Source: Pseudomonadota bacterium (GTDB lineage Bacteria > Bdellovibrionota > FAC87 > UBA2466). From it: a stretch of DNA of 63,786 nucleotides. Location: the NCBI GenBank assembly GCA_043767805.1, contig JAYUGC010000099.1, positions 1 to 63,786 on the forward strand, read 5' to 3'. Under the pieces are notes generated by a model. The model did no database searches and had not been told where the DNA came from. It was given only the letters and a program-made list of their open reading frames with translations. A program made the position numbers and the translations under genes. Below, piece by piece: positions 8,462 to 19,676 of the stretch (position 1 is its first letter; the number at the start of each line of letters is the position of its first letter).

Positions 8462-9864
8462 GTGATACAGCCAAGCCTCACGTTCTCATTCTCGCCGCGG
8501 GACGCGGCAAGCGGATGCACTCCGATCTTCCCAAGGTGCTCCATCCGGTGCTGTACCGGCCGATGCTCCACTACGTGCTCGATCTCGCTCATGCCATCGC
8601 TCACGAAACGATTTCCGTGGTGGTGGGCTTCGGCGAGAAGGAAGTGCGGGAGCGCTGCAAAGAGTTCGAAGGCGTTCAGTTTCTCGTGCAGAAGACTCAA
8701 GCGGGGACCGGGGACGCGGTCAAGACCGCGCAGGAGTCTTTGGCCGGCAAGGAAGGCTCGCTCATCGTTCTCTCCGGAGACGTCATCCTGCTTACCGGGG
8801 CTACCCTCAATCAAGTGATGGAAAAGCACGCGCGGCGCAAGGCGGGGTGTACGCTCGTCACCGCGAAAGTGGAAGCGCCCAAGGGCTATGGCCGCATTTT
8901 GCGAGGGGACGACGGCAAGATGATCGGCATTCGCGAGGAGGGCGATTGCAGCGAAGAGGAGCGCGAGATCAATGAGGTCAACGCCGGGATCTACTGTTTC
9001 GATTTGAAAAAGCTCTTCTCCGCTCTCGACCGGATCAACAACAAGAACAAGCAAGGCGAGTACTATCTGACCGACGTCATCGAAATCATCGCGAAAGAAA
9101 AGGCGGGGCTTGCCACCGTTCGTCTCGACGATCCGCGGGACATGACCGGCATCAACGATCGGGCCGCTCTGTCCGACGTCGAAGGCATTTTGCAGGCACG
9201 GGTTAACCGCGCTTACATGATGAATGGGGTGCGCCTGCAAAACCCCGCCTCGATTTACATCGACCCTCGCTGCCGCATCGAAAAGGAAGTCGTCATCGAA
9301 CAAGGCTGCTATGTGGTGAGCTCAGTGCTCGAAAAAGGCGTCGTAGTGGAGAGCCATACCCGTATCGTGAACTCTCTCATTGGAGAGGGCACGCACGTGA
9401 AGCAAGGCTCCTACATTACGGACGCCCAAGTCGGCGCGGATTGCGCCGTCGGCCCTTACGCGCATTTTCGCCCGGGCACGCGGCTGGAGAACGGCGTGAA
9501 GGTGGGTAATTTCGTCGAAGTGAAAAAGAGCCTCTTACGCGAGGGCGCGAAGGCTTCTCACTTGAGCTACATCGGCGACGCCGACATTGGAAAGAACGTG
9601 AATCTCGGCTGCGGCTTTATCACTTGCAATTACGACGGTGGGCCGGTGAAGCATAAGACTGTCATCGAAGAGAACGTCTTCGTCGGCAGCGATTCGCAAA
9701 TCGTCGCGCCCGCGACGCTCGGAGCCGGGTCCTATATCGCTTCCGGAACCACGGTTACGGGCAATGTTCCCGCCGAATCCCTCGCCATTAGTCGCGGAAA
9801 AATGGTGATCAAAGAAGGTTTCGCGATCAAGTTCCGCAAAAAAACAAAGCCCCTCCCTGAATAA
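8458..9864 (+). CDS. glmU: Bifunctional UDP-GlcNAc pyrophosphorylase/glucosamine-1-P acetyltransferase
   Basis: LAAGRGKRM..PKVLH, GYGRI, EYYLTD, hexapeptide repeats, HLSYIGDA, CNYDG; ATGA overlap with ribF. Confidence 0.97.
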   Translation: MSDTAKPHVLILAAGRGKRMHSDLPKVLHPVLYRPMLHYVLDLAHAIAHETISVVVGFGEKEVRERCKEFEGVQFLVQKTQAGTGDAVKTAQESLAGKEGSLIVLSGDVILLTGATLNQVMEKHARRKAGCTLVTAKVEAPKGYGRILRGDDGKMIGIREEGDCSEEEREINEVNAGIYCFDLKKLFSALDRINNKNKQGEYYLTDVIEIIAKEKAGLATVRLDDPRDMTGINDRAALSDVEGILQARVNRAYMMNGVRLQNPASIYIDPRCRIEKEVVIEQGCYVVSSVLEKGVVVESHTRIVNSLIGEGTHVKQGSYITDAQVGADCAVGPYAHFRPGTRLENGVKVGNFVEVKKSLLREGAKASHLSYIGDADIGKNVNLGCGFITCNYDGGPVKHKTVIEENVFVGSDSQIVAPATLGAGSYIASGTTVTGNVPAESLAISRGKMVIKEGFAIKFRKKTKPLPE

Positions 9865-10113
9865 AAAGTCGACGAGGGTGTCAAATTCTTGACGGGCAAG
9901 AGCCATGCCGGGAGGCAGTTTCCTCAGTAGGCCAGGCTGTGCTCCGACGGAAAATTTTTTACTCGTCAAGTGCGCTAAAATTCGACTTGGTGCGATTTTA
10001 GACTTGCGGCTATAATTATTGTTACAGCTCGTTAGTTGCATTTCTTATTCTCACTTCTGCACACACACAAATTTTCGTTACTCGTATCCCACTCTGTGGG
10101 GAGGAAAATAACT

Positions 10114-10842
10114 ATGGTACGTATGACTCGGAGATCTAAGCAGTCCGGTTTTACTCTGGTGGAGTTACTTATCGTAGTAGCGATCATCGGAGTACTTTCC
10201 ACAGTGGGTATCCCCAGCTTCCGCCGTATGGTGCAAAAATCCAAAAAGTCGGAAGCGAAAGTGAACCTCGGCGGTCTTTATACCGCTGAGCAAGCGTTCT
10301 TCTCCGAGTACGGCGGTTACGGAAATCACATCGCTCGCCTCGGTTTCACCATTGACGGTAACCCGACCAATTTGACCTACGTGGTCGGGTTCACTCAGGC
10401 TTCTTGTAACGGCCTGGTGACCAACGCGGCCGCGGTTCGGCCCTCGAACGCTGGCGTGGCCGATCCTATCGGCCAAGCGATCATTCAGAGCTTCCCGCAG
10501 TACTACACCGGAGCCAATGCCGGTGCGTTTAGTCCGAGAACCGCTTTGGATCCGGCTACGGGTAACTTTATCCCGGGAGCCTCGAGCTTGGGCAACGGCG
10601 TCATGACCACCGGATGTACCGCGCCTAACTTGGTCCCGGTCTTCGGCAACGCCGCGCAGAACGATGTTTACGGATTCGTAAACAATGCGGCTGCCGCCAA
10701 CATTCACAACCGGTTCGTTGCCATGGCCTACGGCGTGATCGCCCCCGGCGTGAGCAAGACGGCCCCGGCTGCTGCTGCGCTCGACATGTGGGGAATCAAT
10801 CAGGATCGCGTCTTGAGCAACCTGCAAGACGGCGTTAGGTAA
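10114..10842 (+). CDS. pilA: Type IVa major pilin, Myxococcus/Bdellovibrio type
   Basis: Prepilin site QSG|FTLVELLIVVAIIG, SEAKVNL..YTAEQAFF; RBS GGGAGG before ATG 10114; strong terminator follows. Confidence 0.85.
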   Translation: MVRMTRRSKQSGFTLVELLIVVAIIGVLSTVGIPSFRRMVQKSKKSEAKVNLGGLYTAEQAFFSEYGGYGNHIARLGFTIDGNPTNLTYVVGFTQASCNGLVTNAAAVRPSNAGVADPIGQAIIQSFPQYYTGANAGAFSPRTALDPATGNFIPGASSLGNGVMTTGCTAPNLVPVFGNAAQNDVYGFVNNAAAANIHNRFVAMAYGVIAPGVSKTAPAAAALDMWGINQDRVLSNLQDGVR

Positions 10843-10866
10843 GAACTTACTAAGTTCAAAAATAAG

Positions 10867-10900
10867 AAAAGGGCCTGAGGTTTAACCCTCAGGCCCTTTT
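10867..10900. terminator. Bidirectional intrinsic terminator
   Basis: AAAAGGGCCTGAGG-TTTAAC-CCTCAGGCCCTTTT between convergent pilA and pilR-like genes. Confidence 0.9.
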
Positions 10901-10923
10901 CCATTTGGGGGGGGAAGCTTGTA

Positions 10924-12363
<1,440 letters not shown>

Positions 12364-12774
12364 CCACCTCAGCTACAAACGTCCACAAGCAACGAGCGAA
12401 TCGAGTTAAGGCGTATTCACTAAGTTTTTGGCAATGGATTGGGCGGAAACGGCAGGCTGCCGCTTCGATTCCAGAGAAGGAGATCCCACTGCTACAACGC
12501 TTATACGCACAACTTTCATCAGCTCCGACAATCAGTCCGATTTTCGTCACTAGCTAGAGCAAATTTCGGTCCAACGAAACGACGGGGTAAGTGCGCTTAA
12601 CCTGGAAGGCATCAACTCGTATTCTGTCTAACTTCGTGTCGAACGGCTCACGAGTGTGTGACAAAAAACGGCCTGGCTCGCGGCTCCGGCAAAAAAGAGC
12701 GAGGCTCCCGGGAAATTTTCGAGAAAGATTTCTCCCCGATACGCGCCGGTAAACGCCCAAGAAATTTACTTCGC

Positions 12775-12808
12775 CATCTTAAAAGGTAGGCCGCTACCTT
12801 TTAAGATG
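12775..12808. repeat. Perfect 15-bp inverted repeat (operator-like)
   Basis: CATCTTAAAAGGTAG-GCCG-CTACCTTTTAAGATG. Confidence 0.85.
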
Positions 12809-12833
12809 AGTGGGTGGTACTTTTGGGGCGTTG

Positions 12834-13820
12834 ATGAATCATATTTTTGAAACTTGCCAGCGTCGACACGGCGCCATCGAAGTTTTGACCGAGGCGAACC
12901 GCCGGCTACGCAGCCCCGATCTGGAGCGCAAGTTGGTGAGGCTGAGGTTTGCCGCCGCGCAAAGCCTGGAATGGAAAGCCTCCGAGCCGCAACGTGTCTC
13001 ATTTTCTGAAGTTCCCTTTGCCATGCCGCAGGGAATTCCGGAAGTCTCCGCGAGCCTGCTGACCGCGCGCCTCCTTAGATCGGCGATACGCCGGCATGGC
13101 TGTCTTCTGGTGCGAAAGCTCGTCGATCCCAGCCGTGCCGAGCCGCTCCTTGCGGACATCGATCGCGCGTTCACCGCCTATGACGCCTTCCGGGCTCCCG
13201 AGAGTCCCAAGCTCGACACCGATTATTTTGCACCCATCGAGAAGGTAGCCGAATGGGAGCTGCGCGATTGGATCCGGGGCTCCGGGGGCGTGCTCACCGT
13301 GGATTCGCCGCGCGCGCTCTTTAACGTGCTGGAAGCGTTCGAGGACGCCGGCATCCCTGAGCTCGTCACCGACTTCTTCGGACAGAGACCGCTCATCCTC
13401 GGCCATAAGTGGACCTTACGCCGCATTTCTCACAAAGCGCCTACGGGCGTTTGGCATCAGGATGGCGCCTTCTTGGGCCGGGACATCAGCGCTTTGAACC
13501 TTTGGGTGGCGCTCTCCCAGTGCGGAGAGAAATCTCCCACGGTGGACGTCGTACCCCGCCGCTTCGACGAGATCGTGCCGATTGGAACGGAAGGCGCGGT
13601 GACCGAATGGTGCGTCTCGGATCAGATGGCGGACCAAGTTTCGAAAGGGCACTTCGTGCGGGCGAAGCTTAATCCAGGCGACGCGCTACTGTTCGATCAC
13701 ATGCTGCTGCATCGCACGGGCGTGTCTCCCCAGATGCACGAGACACGCTATGCGCTCGAAAGCTGGTTCTACTGCCCCGCCGAGCTCTCTCAGGAGTCTG
13801 GCCGCTACTTCGCCTATTAG
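12834..13820 (+). CDS. PhyH-family Fe(II)/2-oxoglutarate dioxygenase
   Basis: WHQD, LNLWVAL, PGDALLFD..LHRT..R..ESWF; start set at ATG 12834. Confidence 0.85.
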   Translation: MNHIFETCQRRHGAIEVLTEANRRLRSPDLERKLVRLRFAAAQSLEWKASEPQRVSFSEVPFAMPQGIPEVSASLLTARLLRSAIRRHGCLLVRKLVDPSRAEPLLADIDRAFTAYDAFRAPESPKLDTDYFAPIEKVAEWELRDWIRGSGGVLTVDSPRALFNVLEAFEDAGIPELVTDFFGQRPLILGHKWTLRRISHKAPTGVWHQDGAFLGRDISALNLWVALSQCGEKSPTVDVVPRRFDEIVPIGTEGAVTEWCVSDQMADQVSKGHFVRAKLNPGDALLFDHMLLHRTGVSPQMHETRYALESWFYCPAELSQESGRYFAY

Positions 13821-14821
13821 GCTTTTAGCGTGGACTCGCCTTTTTCGGCGGCAAAGCAGCTGACGAGCCAGCGGTCATCCCCGTAGGCTTTCAGCTCAGG
13901 CCGCTCGCTCATACAGCGATCGAAGGCGAGCGGACAGCGCGGGTGAAACGTGCAGCCGCTCGGCGGATTCTTGGGAGAAGGCGGCTCACCTTTTAGGACG
14001 ACCCGCGTGCGCTTCATCTCTAGCCGCGGGTCCGGAATCGGAACGGCCGAAACCAAGGCTTGGCTGTAAGGGTGTTTCGCGGCCCGGTACAGATCCTCTT
14101 TACCGGCGAGCTCGGCAATTTTACCGAGATACATGACCGCGATGCGATCGGAGATGTACTTCACCACCGCGAGATTGTGCGAGATGAAAATCATCGAAAG
14201 GCCAAGGCGGCGCTGAATGTCTTTCAGGAGATTTAAGATCTGCGCCTGCACCGACACGTCGAGAGCGGAAGTAGGCTCATCGGCAATGATGACCTTCGGC
14301 TCCAAGATGAGGGCGCGGGCAATGGCGATACGCTGACGCTGGCCACCCGAAAATTCATGGGGATACTTTTTCGCGGCTGCAAACGGCATTCCACAAAGTT
14401 CGAGATATTTACGGATGCGGGCGTTTAGCTGCTCCGGCGTGAGCTTCCAATGCGCGAGCACGGGCTCGGCGAGAATGTCGTACACCGTCATGCGAGGATC
14501 CAAGGAGGCGTAAGGATCCTGAAAAATCATTTGAATCTTTGGGCGCGCTTTGATCAGATCGGGGCCGTTCAGCGCCAAGAAGTCCACGCCGTCGATTTCG
14601 ACGTGCCCGCTCGTGGGGGTGACGAGTCTGAGAATAGCGCGGCCAAGCGTGCTCTTTCCGCAGCCCGATTCTCCGACGAGCCCAAGAATTTCGCCTTCTC
14701 TCACGTCGAGGTTCACGCCGTCGACCGCTTTCACGGTGACCGCCGTGTTGCGGCGCAAGAAACCCGATCGGATGGGAAAGTGCACTTTGAGGTCGCGGAC
14801 TTTCAAAATCGTGCGGCTCAT
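13817..14821 (-). CDS. oppF: Oligopeptide ABC transporter ATPase
   Basis: [21 protein letters not shown]-terminal PPSGCTFHPRCP; ATGA overlap with oppD. Confidence 0.93.
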   Translation of the reverse strand: MSRTILKVRDLKVHFPIRSGFLRRNTAVTVKAVDGVNLDVREGEILGLVGESGCGKSTLGRAILRLVTPTSGHVEIDGVDFLALNGPDLIKARPKIQMIFQDPYASLDPRMTVYDILAEPVLAHWKLTPEQLNARIRKYLELCGMPFAAAKKYPHEFSGGQRQRIAIARALILEPKVIIADEPTSALDVSVQAQILNLLKDIQRRLGLSMIFISHNLAVVKYISDRIAVMYLGKIAELAGKEDLYRAAKHPYSQALVSAVPIPDPRLEMKRTRVVLKGEPPSPKNPPSGCTFHPRCPLAFDRCMSERPELKAYGDDRWLVSCFAAEKGESTLKA

Positions 14822-15795
14822 AGCTTCTCTCCCGCGAGATGGCAGAAGGACCTTTGTCCGTTCGCAAAGAGATGGGCGGCTGGGAAAGTCTCCGCGCAAA
14901 TCGAGACCCGGTGGTCGCAGCGGTCGGTGAACGGGCAGCCAGCTTTCAGCTTCGACAGATCAGGCGTCGAGCCCGCGATGACCGGAAGGGTCCCCTGATT
15001 GACGTCGAGCCGAGGCGTCGATTTCAAAAGCGCTTGCGTATAGGGATGGTGAGACCCGTAGAAAAGCTCGTCTACCGTGCCTTCTTCCATCACGGTGCCC
15101 GCGTACATGACGACGACTCGGTTCGCGAGCCCCGCCACGATGCCGAGATCGTGGGTGATTAGGATGATGGCCATGCCCCGTTCCTGCTGAATGCTTTTCA
15201 GGAGCTCTAAGATCTGCGCCTGCACCGTCACGTCGAGCGCGGTCGTCGGCTCGTCGGCAATGAGCACTTCGGGGTGCGTGGTGAGCGCCATCGCAATCAT
15301 CACGCGCTGGCGCATGCCGCCCGAAAATTCGTGGGGATAAGCGCCCATGGCGGTCGTCGCGTCCGGGATGCCCACGCGCTTTAAAGCCGCAATCGCTTCC
15401 TTGGCCGCGTCGTGCTTGTTCATGCCTTTGTGGAGCATGAGCGGCTCGCAGAGCTGGTTGCCGATCTTCATGTAAGGATTCAAAGACGTCATCGGCTCCT
15501 GGAAAATCATGGTGATCTGATTTCCCCGGACCTGGCGCAGGTGCCGGCTATCTTCGGCGAGAAGATTGCGGCCTTTGAAAAGCACTTCGCCGCCGACGAT
15601 TTTCAACGGAGGCGAGGGCAAAAGTCCCAAGTAGCTCAGCTGAGTGACGGACTTACCGCTACCCGATTCGCCCACGATGCCGAGCGTCTCGCCTTCATTG
15701 AGCGTGAAAGAGATGTCGTTGACCGCTTTGACGATCCCGCGGCGCGTGTGGAAGTGCGCTTTGTAGTTCTTCAGCTCTAGGATGGGCTTTCCCAT
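14818..15795 (-). CDS. oppD: Oligopeptide ABC transporter ATPase
   Basis: [39 protein letters not shown]. Confidence 0.94.
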   Translation of the reverse strand: MGKPILELKNYKAHFHTRRGIVKAVNDISFTLNEGETLGIVGESGSGKSVTQLSYLGLLPSPPLKIVGGEVLFKGRNLLAEDSRHLRQVRGNQITMIFQEPMTSLNPYMKIGNQLCEPLMLHKGMNKHDAAKEAIAALKRVGIPDATTAMGAYPHEFSGGMRQRVMIAMALTTHPEVLIADEPTTALDVTVQAQILELLKSIQQERGMAIILITHDLGIVAGLANRVVVMYAGTVMEEGTVDELFYGSHHPYTQALLKSTPRLDVNQGTLPVIAGSTPDLSKLKAGCPFTDRCDHRVSICAETFPAAHLFANGQRSFCHLAGEKL

Positions 15796-16703
15796 TAATC
15801 TCTCGCTCCTTTCGGATCGAGGGCGTCCCGTAGGCCGTCTCCCAGGAAGTTGAGAGAGAAGAGGGTCAAAGCCAGGGCGACCGCCGGAAAGAGCAGGTTC
15901 CAGGGAGCGATTTCCATCACTTCGACACCGTTGGAAATGAGCGTTCCCCAGGACGCCATCGGCGCCTGCACTCCAAGACCCAGAAAGCTCAAGAAAGCCT
16001 CTTCGAGAATGACCGAAGGCACGGTGAGAGTCAGGTACACGATCACGGGGCCGAGGGAATTGGGAATGAGATGCTTACGGATGATGGACCAGTTGCCGAT
16101 GCCCATGGCGTGAGCGGCTTCGATGAATTCCTTCTGCTTCAATGAAATCACCTGGCCGCGGACGATGCGGGCCATGGTCAGCCACTGCGTGAGTCCCAAG
16201 GCGATGAAGAGCAGTAAAATATTGCGGCCGAAATAGACCATCAGGATGATGACGAGAAAGATGAAGGGAAGCGCGTAGAGCACGTCCACGATGCGCATCA
16301 TGATGTTGTCGGTGCGCCCACCGAGGAAGCCCGAGACTGCGCCGTAAATGATACCGACGATGACACTGACAAAAGAAGCGAGCACGCCCACCATGATTGA
16401 GATACGGCCGCCGTAAAGAACGCGGGCGAAGAGATCGCGACCCAGGGTGTCGGTGCCGAACCAATGGGCCAAAGTGGGCTTAGCGAGAGTCAGCTCGAGG
16501 TTCTGCGACTCATAGTCCGCGCCGATGACGAAGGGTAGAATGAAGCAGAGGACGATCTCCGCGATGAGAAACCACGAGCCGATGACGGCAAGCCGGTTCT
16601 TCTTCAGGCGGTGAAAGGCGTCCTGCCAGAGACTGACGCCCGCTTCTTCTTTTTCTTGGATGGTTTCGGCCACGATTAGGTTTTCCGTTACTTCTAATAT
16701 CAT
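15795..16703 (-). CDS. oppC: Oligopeptide ABC transporter permease
   Basis: SLWQDA..KNRLA, HWFGTDTLGRD, EFIEAA, EAFLSFLGLG. Confidence 0.94.
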   Translation of the reverse strand: MILEVTENLIVAETIQEKEEAGVSLWQDAFHRLKKNRLAVIGSWFLIAEIVLCFILPFVIGADYESQNLELTLAKPTLAHWFGTDTLGRDLFARVLYGGRISIMVGVLASFVSVIVGIIYGAVSGFLGGRTDNIMMRIVDVLYALPFIFLVIILMVYFGRNILLLFIALGLTQWLTMARIVRGQVISLKQKEFIEAAHAMGIGNWSIIRKHLIPNSLGPVIVYLTLTVPSVILEEAFLSFLGLGVQAPMASWGTLISNGVEVMEIAPWNLLFPAVALALTLFSLNFLGDGLRDALDPKGARD

Positions 16704-17623
16704 TACTCGTACCTCACCCTCGGGTCGAGAACTGCGTAGGCGATATCCACAAGAAAATTACAGAGAAAGATGAGCGCGAAGTAGAGGAGCGACGTTCCCA
16801 TGACGACCGTGTAATCGCGGTTCAGGGCGCTCTCGATGAAAAAGCGGCCGAGACCGGGGATATTGAAGATCATCTCGGTGACCAAAGACCCCGAAATGAT
16901 GCCCGCCAAGGCGGGGCCTAGAAACGAGACTACCGGCAAAAGCCCGCCCCGAAGGGCGTGTTTGACGACGATCATGGGCTCGGAAAGCCCCTTGGCGCGC
17001 GCCGTGCGGATGAAGTCTTGAGTGCGGATCTCCATCAGTCCGCCCCGCGTCAGCCGGGAAATGTAGGCCGCGTAAGCAAAGCCGAGCGTAAGCGACGGCA
17101 GAATCCGATCCTGCCAGGAGTTCCAGCCCGCGACCGGCAGCCAGCCGAGCCAAAGACCAAATACGAGGACCAGCACGGGTCCGATCACGAAAGTGGGCAG
17201 ACAAATCCCCAGGATCGAAATCGACATGGGAATGTAGTCGAGCAGCGAGTTGGGTTTGACCGCGGCGAGGCCTCCCGCCGTGACTCCAATGAGAAGTGCC
17301 CAGAAGAGCGCGGTTAGGCCGAGCTCCATGGAGACCGGGAAGGACTCACCGATGATCTCGTTCACGGTGCGGTTCGCGTGCTTGAACGACGGACCCAAAT
17401 CGAAATGGGCGAGGTCGTTCAAGTAGCGGCCGTACTGCATGTAGAGGGGCTCATCCATGTGGTACTTCGCCTGCAGATTCTTGAGGATCTGCGGGGGGAC
17501 CTTCTTCTCGGAATCGAAGGGTCCCCCCGGGGCGAACCGGATCATGAAGAAGACGACGGTCACGACGACCAAAAACACCGGCACCATGACCGCCAGTCTT
17601 CCTAATAGATACCGAAGTCCCAT
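16703..17623 (-). CDS. oppB: Oligopeptide ABC transporter permease
   Basis: APGGPFD, DLGPSF, FIRTARAKGL, NRDY. Confidence 0.94.
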   Translation of the reverse strand: MGLRYLLGRLAVMVPVFLVVVTVVFFMIRFAPGGPFDSEKKVPPQILKNLQAKYHMDEPLYMQYGRYLNDLAHFDLGPSFKHANRTVNEIIGESFPVSMELGLTALFWALLIGVTAGGLAAVKPNSLLDYIPMSISILGICLPTFVIGPVLVLVFGLWLGWLPVAGWNSWQDRILPSLTLGFAYAAYISRLTRGGLMEIRTQDFIRTARAKGLSEPMIVVKHALRGGLLPVVSFLGPALAGIISGSLVTEMIFNIPGLGRFFIESALNRDYTVVMGTSLLYFALIFLCNFLVDIAYAVLDPRVRYE

Positions 17624-17653
17624 CTGTTCGCCCTCTCCTCTAGATGCTTATAA

Positions 17654-19267
17654 TTAAGGCTTCAGCTTGAGGCTCACGTACTTGAGCGGATGAATGTCTT
17701 CGACGTTCGCATACCAGCCCTCGATGTTGGGGCTCTTCAAGTACACGCGGGTGTAGATGTAGATCGGGATGCACGGGAGCTCGTCGAGCAGGATGTCTTC
17801 CGCTTTACCGAAAAGCGCCATGCGCTTCTTCACATTGGTTTCCCGGCCGGCGTCGGCGATGAGCTTGTCGTAGGTCTTGTTGGACCAGCCGGAGTGGTTA
17901 TTGCCACCGTCGGTGAGGAACATGTCGAGGAACGTGTTCGGATCGTTGTAGTCCGCGATCCAACCCGCGCGCGACACGCCGAAAGCCTTTTGCTTTTGGC
18001 TATCGAGATAGACTTTCCATTCCTGGTTGAAGAGGCGGATCTCAACGCCCAGCGCTTGTTTCCACATCTGGGAAATCGCTTCCGCGATCTTCTTGTGGCT
18101 GTCGCTGGTGTTGTAGAGAAGCTCGATGGGCTCCATGCCTTTGCCGCCCGGATAGCCGGCGTCGGCGAGAAGCTTCTTGGCTTCGGCGAGACGTTCGGCG
18201 CTCTTCGGCAACCGAGGCGTCGGCACGTAGCCGCCCGTTCCAGGAGGCGTGAAGGTCGTGGCCGGAAGCTGTCCGCCTTTGGTCACGAGATCCACGATAC
18301 GCTGGCGATCGAGAGCGAGGGCGAGCGCCTTACGCACGCGCACGTCGTTCAAAGGCTTCTTCGTGGTGTTGATCCAGTAGTGGTAGATGCCGAGGTAAGG
18401 CGACTCTTGATAGACGCCGTCCTTCTTGGCTTTCCACGTGGTGATCTTTTCGAGGGGAACCTCGTTGGTCACGTGAAGCTCGCCGGAGCGGAACATCTTT
18501 TCTTCCGTGTCCTGTTTCTCGACGGGAAGGAAATTCACTTGAGTCAAAGTCACGCGAGCCGCGTCCCAGTACGTGGGGCTTTTCTTCAGCGTGATGACTT
18601 TGTTCAGCTGCCAGTTGTCCAGCATGAAGGCACCGTTCGTGACGATGTTCTCCTTGCGGGTCCAGGCGCCCTTGAATTTCTCGACGGTGGCTTTGTGAAC
18701 CGGGTAGAGCGCGTGGTGATAGAGCAATCCCAAGAAGAAGGGCGTGGGATTGTTCAGCGTCACCTGCAGCGTGTTTGCGTCGATCGCCTTGAGGCCGAGC
18801 TTCGAAGCGTCAGTGAGAGTCCCTTTATTGAACTCTTCGCCGCCGACGATATAGAAAGCTTGGTAAGCGTATTCCGCGGCCGTGTCGGGTTTCAGCAAAC
18901 GCGTCCACGAGTAGACGAAATCCTCGGCGGTGACCGGGTCACCGTTGGTCCACTTCGCGTTCTTGCGAAGCTTGAAAGTGTAAACCTTGCCGGACTTGTC
19001 GATGGTCCAGCTCTCGGCGATGCCGGGGACCGGAGCGAGCGTCTTGGGATCTTTGCCGACCAAGGGCTCGAAAAGATTTTGGAGAATGTGGGACTCGGGC
19101 ACGCCCGTTACGATGTGCGGATCGAGATCCTTGGGCTCGGCGCCGTTACCGAAGTTGAAAACCTGCGCCGCGGGAGCGGCGGCAGCTTGGGCCGAGTGAC
19201 TTGGAAGCACGCAGCTCAGCGCCGCGAGGGAAAGAAATCCCCATTTAGCCGTTCTCGAAAGGTTCAC
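17654..19267 (-). CDS. oppA: Oligopeptide ABC transporter substrate-binding protein
   Basis: Signal peptide, GNGAEPKDLDPH, NGDPVTAEDF, RAGWIADYNDP. Confidence 0.94.
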   Translation of the reverse strand: MNLSRTAKWGFLSLAALSCVLPSHSAQAAAAPAAQVFNFGNGAEPKDLDPHIVTGVPESHILQNLFEPLVGKDPKTLAPVPGIAESWTIDKSGKVYTFKLRKNAKWTNGDPVTAEDFVYSWTRLLKPDTAAEYAYQAFYIVGGEEFNKGTLTDASKLGLKAIDANTLQVTLNNPTPFFLGLLYHHALYPVHKATVEKFKGAWTRKENIVTNGAFMLDNWQLNKVITLKKSPTYWDAARVTLTQVNFLPVEKQDTEEKMFRSGELHVTNEVPLEKITTWKAKKDGVYQESPYLGIYHYWINTTKKPLNDVRVRKALALALDRQRIVDLVTKGGQLPATTFTPPGTGGYVPTPRLPKSAERLAEAKKLLADAGYPGGKGMEPIELLYNTSDSHKKIAEAISQMWKQALGVEIRLFNQEWKVYLDSQKQKAFGVSRAGWIADYNDPNTFLDMFLTDGGNNHSGWSNKTYDKLIADAGRETNVKKRMALFGKAEDILLDELPCIPIYIYTRVYLKSPNIEGWYANVEDIHPLKYVSLKLKP

Positions 19268-19318
19268 CGTGTTCTCCTTCAGTTAATGACCGCAAAAGCG
19301 TTCCCGATGGGTGCACTT

Positions 19319-19334
19319 TGCAAAGGGTCTGCCA
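19319..19334 (-). promoter_or_regulatory. Putative sigma54 promoter of the opp operon
   Basis: Minus strand TGGCAGACCCTTTGCA, 15/16 identical to the site at 5830. Confidence 0.65.
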
Positions 19335-19676
19335 GCTGTGTTTTTCGTGTGATGGGACGGATCTTTTCTAGCATTCCGCCGGAGGCTCTTGAAAACGAAA
19401 ACTCCGGCGGATAGACGTCGATCCTAAAATTATACCTAAACATTTGAATTTAATCACTATTACTTATGTCATGTCGGCTCGATTAAGGGGGGGCTTTAGA
19501 GGCCCTTCGGATCGACACACAACGCGCCGCAAAAAGAGACGTGTTTTGAGATTTTGTCCGGCCCTACCAAGGGGTAATTTTTTTCGCTCCGCAAGGTAAC
19601 AGGTGGTGCGTTTTGACTCCAACTGCTTGGGGGAAGGGCGGTGCTATAATTAGGCACCGACACCAATGAGGACTCG

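Noticed and set aside
17690..19414. Long antisense ORFs (574 aa opposite oppA; also 11293-12261, 7526-8455, 40353-41471)
   Set aside because: Shadow frames of high-GC genes whose sense strand has clear family motifs
19420..19480. AT-rich patch as a dif site or replication origin
   Set aside because: No XerC/XerD consensus or DnaA boxes; better explained as promoter-region DNA between oppA and the cyclase
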